Of a stretch of 12,527 nucleotides of DNA, positions 6,646 to 12,527 are shown in pieces. The notes below the pieces were generated by a model. It searched no databases. It was not told the origin of the DNA and worked only from the letters and a program-made list of their open reading frames with translations. The stretch is from an uncultured bacterium (lineage in GTDB: Bacteria; Schekmanbacteria; GWA2-38-11; J061). How positions within the stretch are numbered: position 1 is the stretch's first letter; every line of letters starts with the position of its first letter. Position numbers and translations under genes: made by a program. The stretch lies in the NCBI GenBank assembly GCA_964549305.1, contig CAZJVM010000071.1, positions 1-12,527 of the forward strand. The letters are read 5' to 3'.

Positions 6646-7827
6646 GTGAAAAAGAACACCGGACTATTTTTTCTGAACGATGAAATCGAACACCTGAAAT
6701 CCGACAATCTTTACAGGTCTCTGCGCGTTGTAAATTCCGCTCAAAAACCAAAGGCAAGAATTGACGGCAGGGATTTTATTCTTCTCTCATCGAACAACTA
6801 TCTCGGACTGTCAAACAACCCCTTAATCAAAAAGAAATCGGCAGAGGCACTGAAGAAATACGGCACGGGCGCCTGCGCGTCACGCCTCATATCGGGAAAT
6901 ATCGAACCATACATCTCTCTTGAAAAAACGATTGCCCAATTCAAAGGAACGGAAAAAGCTCTTGTTTTCTCATCGGGATACGCGGCAAATGTTGGGGCTA
7001 TTTCAGCCCTCGCCGGAACGGATGACACGATTTATTCCGACTCTCTCAATCACGCGAGCATTGTCGACGGATGCCGTCTCAGTGGCGCCGATATAAAGGT
7101 CTATAATCACGGAAGCGCGCCTGACCTTGAAAGGATTATAAAAAGAAGCGGGAAACGCGGAAAGAAAATTATAATCACTGATTCCATATTCAGCATGGAC
7201 GGAGATATCGCTCCCCTGGACGAAATCCGCACCATAGCAGACAAATACGGATGTCTTCTCTTTGTAGATGACGCGCACGCCACGGGCACTATGGGAAAAA
7301 CGGGACGGGGGTCGGCAGAATATTTCCACATCAACGGAAAAATCGATATTTATATGGGCACTTTGAGCAAGGCAGTGGGAAGCGTGGGAGGATTTATCGC
7401 CGGAAGAAAAATACTCATAGATTACCTCATAAACAAAAGCAGAAGCTTCATTTATTCAACGGGACTTCCTCCCGCGTCACTCGCGGCATCAGACGCGGCG
7501 TTAAAGCTCATCGCGAAAGATACATCCTATCTCGAAAAACTTAAGCGCAATATCCAGACACTTTCTGACGGACTTTCCGCGCTTGGATATGACACAATGG
7601 GAAGCAAATCTCAGATAATCCCCCTTTTAACTGAAACGGAAGAAAGGGCAATCCGCGCGTTCAAATACCTATACAAAAATAACATCTTCGTTCCCGCGAT
7701 AAGACCGCCCACAGTGCCGAAAGGAAAATCCCGCCTCAGGATTACACCAATGGCGTCTCACAGCAAAAAAGATATCGAATATGTTCTTTTCATTCTCGAA
7801 AAAATGAAAAAGACTGTTTTCAAATGA
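6646..7827 (+). CDS. bioF: 8-amino-7-oxononanoate synthase (PLP-dependent alpha-oxoamine synthase)
   Basis: SSNNYLGL, GACASRLISG, FSSGYAAN, NHASIVDG, DSIFSMDGD, DDAHA, GTLSKA (PLP lysine) and the BioF-type AIRPPTVP...RLRI. GTG start. Confidence 0.88.
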   Translation: MKKNTGLFFLNDEIEHLKSDNLYRSLRVVNSAQKPKARIDGRDFILLSSNNYLGLSNNPLIKKKSAEALKKYGTGACASRLISGNIEPYISLEKTIAQFKGTEKALVFSSGYAANVGAISALAGTDDTIYSDSLNHASIVDGCRLSGADIKVYNHGSAPDLERIIKRSGKRGKKIIITDSIFSMDGDIAPLDEIRTIADKYGCLLFVDDAHATGTMGKTGRGSAEYFHINGKIDIYMGTLSKAVGSVGGFIAGRKILIDYLINKSRSFIYSTGLPPASLAASDAALKLIAKDTSYLEKLKRNIQTLSDGLSALGYDTMGSKSQIIPLLTETEERAIRAFKYLYKNNIFVPAIRPPTVPKGKSRLRITPMASHSKKDIEYVLFILEKMKKTVFK

Positions 7828-8801
7828 AGCTCGAATCTTTGAAAATTGCCGACAGAAAAATATACCCGCCAATTCTCCTTGCGCCTGTCGCGGGGTGGAC
7901 CAACCTTCCCTTCAGGATAATCGCCGCGGAATCGGGCGCGGGCATGGTTATAACCGAGCTGATAAGCTCCGAAGCGCTTAAAAGGCGAAATGACAAAACT
8001 CTGCGAATGCTGAAGTACAATGAGCGTGAGGGCACGCGGGCAGTACAGATATTCGGAGGCAAGCCCGATGTTATGACAGAAGCGGCAAAGATTGTGGAAG
8101 ATGAAGGCGCGGAAGTTATAGACATAAATATGGGATGTTCGGTAAAGAAGGTAATAAAATCCTTTTCAGGCGCTTATCTGCTTAAAACTCCCGAAAACGC
8201 ACGTACGGTAATGAAGGCAGTTGTGTCTGCTGTTTCGGTCCCCGTAACGGTAAAAATTCGTTCCGGTTGGGACAGTAAAAATATAAATGCCGTACAAATC
8301 GCCCAAATCGCCGAAGATAGCGGAATCTCGGCAATCTGCGTTCATCCGCGTACCGTGGTGCAGGGTTTCAGGGGAAAATCGGACTGGAAAATTATAAAGG
8401 ATGTAAAAAACAATGTATCAATACCCGTTATCGGAAACGGCGACATATCTTCCGGAGAAGACGCAAAGCGAATGTTCGATGAAACGGGATGCGACGCCGT
8501 TATGATCGGACGGTCCGCTCTCGGAAATCCCTGGATATTCAAAAGCGCCCTCTCCTTTCTCGAAAAAGGGGAAGAGAGCACGCCTCCGGCGGGAAAAATC
8601 TTGAGGGAAACAATGCTTAAGCATTTGCAGCTTAATTTAAACAACTTCGGAGAAAAGGAAGGAACGGCCCTTTTTAAAAAACATTCCGCCTCATATGTGA
8701 AAGGGATGAGAGGGGCAATCAATTTCAGAAAAAAAATGTTCCTCGCAAAAAACGGCAGTGAAATGGAAAAACTGATTAAATCATTTTTTCAGCAAACCTG
8801 A
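7824..8801 (+). CDS. dusB: tRNA-dihydrouridine synthase DusB
   Basis: LAPVAG, VQIFG, IDINMGC (catalytic Cys), VTVKIRSGWD, VHPRT, IPVIGNGDI, GCDAVMIGRSALGNPWIF. ATGA overlap with the bioF stop. Confidence 0.93.
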   Translation: MKLESLKIADRKIYPPILLAPVAGWTNLPFRIIAAESGAGMVITELISSEALKRRNDKTLRMLKYNEREGTRAVQIFGGKPDVMTEAAKIVEDEGAEVIDINMGCSVKKVIKSFSGAYLLKTPENARTVMKAVVSAVSVPVTVKIRSGWDSKNINAVQIAQIAEDSGISAICVHPRTVVQGFRGKSDWKIIKDVKNNVSIPVIGNGDISSGEDAKRMFDETGCDAVMIGRSALGNPWIFKSALSFLEKGEESTPPAGKILRETMLKHLQLNLNNFGEKEGTALFKKHSASYVKGMRGAINFRKKMFLAKNGSEMEKLIKSFFQQT

Positions 8802-8819
8802 TTAGCAGGCAAATTGCCG

Positions 8820-10103
8820 CTACGCGAACAGTGCCGCGAGATAATCCATCGAAGGCGGATAGAATATTCCCGCAAGAAGGAGTATGGTAAGAAAAATCAG
8901 CACCGATGCCGTAGTCACGGATAAAATGTTTTGCCACAGAGTGTTGACGCTGTCACCCATAATTGACCTGTCGTTCACAAGCTTAAGCATAAGAATCAAA
9001 ATAATGGGAAGAAGAATACCGTTTATGGTCTGTGAAATGAGCATTACGAGAATGAGCTTTAAGCGGGGGATGAGAATGAATCCAGCTCCTGTGGCAAGTA
9101 TGATTGTGTAAAACCAGAAAAATCTCGGAGCGTTTTGAAATTTTTTCCCGAGTCCCGACTCCCAACCGAATGCTTCGCTCACCGCGTATGAAGTGGAAAG
9201 AGGAAGTATAATCGCGCCAAGTACCGACGCGTTGAGTATCCCCACAGAAAAAAGAATAAACGCGTATTTGCCTGCAAGAGGTTTTAACGCTATCGCCGCG
9301 TCAAAAGCACTATTCACATCCCTCACTCCGCTTGAGTAGAGCGTTGCGGCAGCAGCAATGATTATGAACATCGCCACAAGGTCGGTTATGAAAGAGCCTA
9401 TATAAACATCCCATTTGAGAAACTTGTAGTTTTCCTTTTTCATCCCCTTGTCAACAACGGAGGCCTGCAGATAAAACTGCATCCAGGGCGTTATGGTAGT
9501 ACCCACAAGGGCAATAAAAAGATTTATATAACCCGTCTCAAATTTAAATGATGGTTCCGTCAATCCGGTAACGACTGCTCCCCAGTCGGGATTTGCCATA
9601 AGCCCCGAAACGACATAGGTAAAATAAATGACGCAGAAAAAAAGCATCACACGTTCAACGGCTATATAGCTTCCCCTGATTACTATGAGCCAAATGAGAA
9701 TCGCCATAATCGGCACAGAAACAAACCTGTTGACTCCCAACAGTTCGAATCCAACGGCAATTCCCGCAAACTCGGCAATGGTTACGGTAAGGTTTCCCAG
9801 CACGAGAAGAATCATCGTGATAAAGGTGGTTCTCATAGTAAATTTTTCCCGTATGAGATCCGCTAAACCTTTTCCCGTGACAACGCCCATTCTCGCAGAC
9901 ATCTCCTGTATGACAACAAGAGCAATCGTGGTCAGAAAAAGCGCCCATAGAAGTCCGTATCCCTCACGCGCGCCGGCAAGAGTATAAGTGGCAATTCCGC
10001 CCGCGTCATTATCGGCGCTCGATGTGATTATTCCGGGCCCGATGAGTGACAGAATAATCCACCACCTTGCAGTCCCGACTTTTTCTTTTTTCCCGGAAGG
10101 CAT
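8820..10103 (-). CDS. Nramp/SLC11-related divalent metal transporter, probable Mg2+-type (NrmT/NRMT-like)
   Basis: Many hydrophobic segments. GPGIITSSADNDAGGIATY (TM1), QEMSARMGVVTGKGLADLIRE, AEFAG, GTTITPWMQFY (TM6), SQTINGILLP. The canonical DPGN and MPH motifs are replaced by DAGG and TPW. Confidence 0.9.
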   Translation of the reverse strand: MPSGKKEKVGTARWWIILSLIGPGIITSSADNDAGGIATYTLAGAREGYGLLWALFLTTIALVVIQEMSARMGVVTGKGLADLIREKFTMRTTFITMILLVLGNLTVTIAEFAGIAVGFELLGVNRFVSVPIMAILIWLIVIRGSYIAVERVMLFFCVIYFTYVVSGLMANPDWGAVVTGLTEPSFKFETGYINLFIALVGTTITPWMQFYLQASVVDKGMKKENYKFLKWDVYIGSFITDLVAMFIIIAAAATLYSSGVRDVNSAFDAAIALKPLAGKYAFILFSVGILNASVLGAIILPLSTSYAVSEAFGWESGLGKKFQNAPRFFWFYTIILATGAGFILIPRLKLILVMLISQTINGILLPIILILMLKLVNDRSIMGDSVNTLWQNILSVTTASVLIFLTILLLAGIFYPPSMDYLAALFA

Positions 10104-10128
10104 TTGAGTCCTCGATAAATGTAATGAT

Positions 10129-11394
10129 TCAGACCCTGAGCTTCTTTCTTCTCGAGGGGGGAGGAATCACAAGGTCAACTATGTCGTCAACGGTAATGAT
10201 GCCGAGAATGACGTTTTCCCCGTCAACGACGGGAATAGCGTAAAAATTGTATTTCGATATCATCTCCGCAACTTCTTCCTCGTCCGTATCCGGCAAAACA
10301 CTCTTAATCTGGGAATTCATAATGGCGTCAATGCGCGTGCTGTCATTAGCCAAAAGCAAATCCTTTATGGAAAGGACTCCGAGAAGCTTGTCTTCATCGT
10401 CTGTTACATAAATGTAATAAATCATCTCCACATCTGGAGCCATGAGGCGCAGATTCTTGAACGTTTCGAAAACTGTCATACTCGGAGGAAAATACAAAAA
10501 ATCCGTTGTCATCAGACCGCCCGCCGTATCGTCATCGTGTTCAAGTAATTCCTGCACATCTTCCGCCTCATCATCTTCCATTAGGTTTAACAGTTCCTGA
10601 GCCGTTTCCTCGGGAAGGTCTCCGAGAAGGTCTGCCGCCTCGTCGGGAGGCATCTTTTCCAAAAGGTCAGATGCCTGCTCCTTGTCCATATTGTGAATAA
10701 TGGAAATCTGAGCATCGGGCTCAAGTTCGTGAAGCGCTTCCGCGGCGGTATCGAGCTCAAGGGAGTCAAAAAGCGCCGCTCGCTCCTTCGGCGGTATCTG
10801 GCTCATTATGGAAGCTATATCGGAAGGATGAAGTTCCGAGAGTTTTGACTTTGCAACTTTCAGAGTAAGATTGGTAACCTTGGGATCAACGGGCTGGAGG
10901 TAATTCCACGCGATAAGATTCTGAGTCCTTCCTCCTCCCTTCCTCTTCACCAATCCTTTCGCGATTCCGCTCAATCCCAGTCTTCTGAATATTGCGTTGA
11001 ATCCCACGTCCGCCGCGATAAGGCAAAGATTACCTTTTACATCTCCCAGTTTTATGTCATTGACCCTCACAACCTTTACTCCGTCAATATCAACTATCTG
11101 CTTATCGAGTATGTCTCTTGAAATGGCAATCTGGTTTTCAGAGGGTTCGCTTTCCCTGATTTCCTTTTTATAGATGTTGGCGGTTATCGTATTTTTGTTA
11201 AAAAGCTCGATATTGTCAAAGGAAAGTACAGCGTTTTTTCCGGAACGAATATTAATGACAAGTCCCGTAACATGCGGAAATATTTCGTCAATGCGCACTA
11301 TGAGGTCAGTCAGTTTCCCAACGGTTTCTCCTTCCCTGTCGAAAACCTCTCTGCCAATTACCTCGCTTACGAATATTTCACCTACAAGATACAT
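10129..11394 (-). CDS. Soluble PRC-barrel + MgtE intracellular N domain + CBS-pair protein (no transmembrane domain)
   Basis: Two PRC-like units (VIGREVFDREGETVGKLTDLIV; ILDKQIVDIDGVKVVRVNDIKL), MgtE_N helices (LHPSDIA...MPPDEAADLL...DDDTAGGLMTT), CBS pair (IYYIYVTD..KLLGVLS; KYNFYAIPVVD..LGIITVDD). Ends PPPSRRKKLRV with no hydrophobic region. Confidence 0.9.
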   Translation of the reverse strand: MYLVGEIFVSEVIGREVFDREGETVGKLTDLIVRIDEIFPHVTGLVINIRSGKNAVLSFDNIELFNKNTITANIYKKEIRESEPSENQIAISRDILDKQIVDIDGVKVVRVNDIKLGDVKGNLCLIAADVGFNAIFRRLGLSGIAKGLVKRKGGGRTQNLIAWNYLQPVDPKVTNLTLKVAKSKLSELHPSDIASIMSQIPPKERAALFDSLELDTAAEALHELEPDAQISIIHNMDKEQASDLLEKMPPDEAADLLGDLPEETAQELLNLMEDDEAEDVQELLEHDDDTAGGLMTTDFLYFPPSMTVFETFKNLRLMAPDVEMIYYIYVTDDEDKLLGVLSIKDLLLANDSTRIDAIMNSQIKSVLPDTDEEEVAEMISKYNFYAIPVVDGENVILGIITVDDIVDLVIPPPSRRKKLRV

Positions 11395-11424
11395 TCCACA
11401 CCTTTAAGCAGTTACATAAATATT

Positions 11425-12345
11425 TCAGTTTTCATCTGCCGTGTAACCATACCTGTGAAGCAGTGAATCGTTTTCCGTCCATTTTTTCCGAACCTTGACG
11501 TGAAGTTCGAGATAAACCCTGCATCCCGTAAAATCTTCAATGTCACAGCGCGCTTTTTTGCCTATTTCCTTAATCATCTTCCCGTTTTTGCCAATTATGA
11601 TACCTTTTTGCGTTTCTTTTTCAACAAATATATTAGACGCCACATAAATGAGGTCGCTTGCGCGCTCTTTAATTTCTTCAACTTCAACGTGACTGCAGTA
11701 TGGCAGTTCCTTTTTCAAGAATTTGTAAATCTTTTCACGGATGTATTCGGAAAAAAGAAACTCTTCGGGACGGTCGGTAATAATGTCCCCCGCGAAATAC
11801 TTTTCGCCTTCAGGAAGATTGTCAACCACATTCGACAGCAACCGGTTCATATTGGTCCCCTTCTTCGCTGACAGTGGAAAAATCTCGTTTATAAAATCAT
11901 AATTTTTCAGGGAATCTATGAGAGGAAGAATATCCCGCTTATTCAGAAGGTCAATCTTGTTTATAACAACATAGCGCAAAGCATCGATTTTCCCTATCCT
12001 TTCGAGTATGGAAATATCTTCACCTTTTATTCCCGATTTTGCATCGACCACAAAAAGTATTATATCCGCACTATTCAGCGAACCATAGGCAATCCTCACA
12101 AGATGACCGCTCATAAGTCCTTTTTTTGCGTTTATTCCCGGAGTATCAAGAAAAACCGCCTGGCAGTTTTTTCTGTTCAGTATTCCCGTTATTCTGTTTC
12201 GCGTTGTCTGCGGTTTCATCGAGGTGATCGCTATCTTGTTGCCGAGTATTTTATTGAGAAGTGTTGACTTGCCCACATTCGGTCTTCCCACTATGGCAAC
12301 AAATCCGCATCGGAATTTTTCTTTTTTATCGCTTTTCGAAACCAT
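11425..12345 (-). CDS. era: GTPase Era (30S ribosome maturation)
   Basis: G1 GRPNVGKS, G2 PQTTR, G3 DTPG, G4 NKID, G5 LSAK, EYIREK..ELPY, KH domain KGIIIGKNG, VYLELHVKV..W. Confidence 0.98.
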   Translation of the reverse strand: MVSKSDKKEKFRCGFVAIVGRPNVGKSTLLNKILGNKIAITSMKPQTTRNRITGILNRKNCQAVFLDTPGINAKKGLMSGHLVRIAYGSLNSADIILFVVDAKSGIKGEDISILERIGKIDALRYVVINKIDLLNKRDILPLIDSLKNYDFINEIFPLSAKKGTNMNRLLSNVVDNLPEGEKYFAGDIITDRPEEFLFSEYIREKIYKFLKKELPYCSHVEVEEIKERASDLIYVASNIFVEKETQKGIIIGKNGKMIKEIGKKARCDIEDFTGCRVYLELHVKVRKKWTENDSLLHRYGYTADEN

Positions 12346-12527
12346 TACAAAATCCCTGAAAAATCAATGTCATAAATATCGCGAATACTTTAAATATTTT
12401 AGCACAGCATTTAGAACATAATACAACAGAAATGAGAAACAGTTTGAAGGAATTCTTTATATTGCCGAATGGCAGTCAAAATATTAGCTATTGACTTTTT
12501 AACAGCGCTACTTTAAATAAAATTCCG

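Noticed and set aside
10104-10160. mgtE pseudogene or frameshift explaining the missing TM domain
   Set aside because: The ORF ends cleanly, and an intact different transporter gene begins 25 nt later. The N-terminal PRC module also marks it as a distinct architecture.
146-12421. Short 60-126 aa alternative-frame and antisense ORFs in the track (e.g. 226-477, 1275-1502, 4288-4602, 7003-7329, 8342-8722, 9685-9987, 11500-11871)
   Set aside because: All lie within or opposite well-supported genes and show no family motifs. The poly-W and poly-V runs are shadows of the TonB poly-Pro repeat.

Overview
Gene-dense, moderately AT-rich chromosomal segment from a diderm bacterium (TonB system, lipoprotein). 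No RNA genes, CRISPR arrays, transposases or integrases are recognisable. In order: (-) tonB-exbB/tolQ and the first 7 codons of a probable exbD/tolR; a 539-bp divergent intergenic region with several potential RNA stems and a 43-codon upstream ORF; (+) TPR lipoprotein and YqaA/DedA membrane protein; (-) ktrB-ktrA K+ uptake system; (+) HNH endonuclease-bioF-dusB; (-) era, then a soluble PRC-barrel/MgtE-N/CBS protein with no membrane domain, then an Nramp-related transporter with non-canonical metal-site motifs. The most interesting candidate system is the last one: MgtE's cytosolic Mg2+/ATP sensor encoded as a stand-alone protein beside a probable Mg2+-type Nramp homologue, in one operon with era. 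Other points of interest are a ~145-aa helical insertion with an HhH-like motif in the TPR lipoprotein, a degenerate nucleotide-binding loop in KtrA, and a switch-like tonB leader. All family assignments come from motif recognition by eye; no database searches or folding programs were run.
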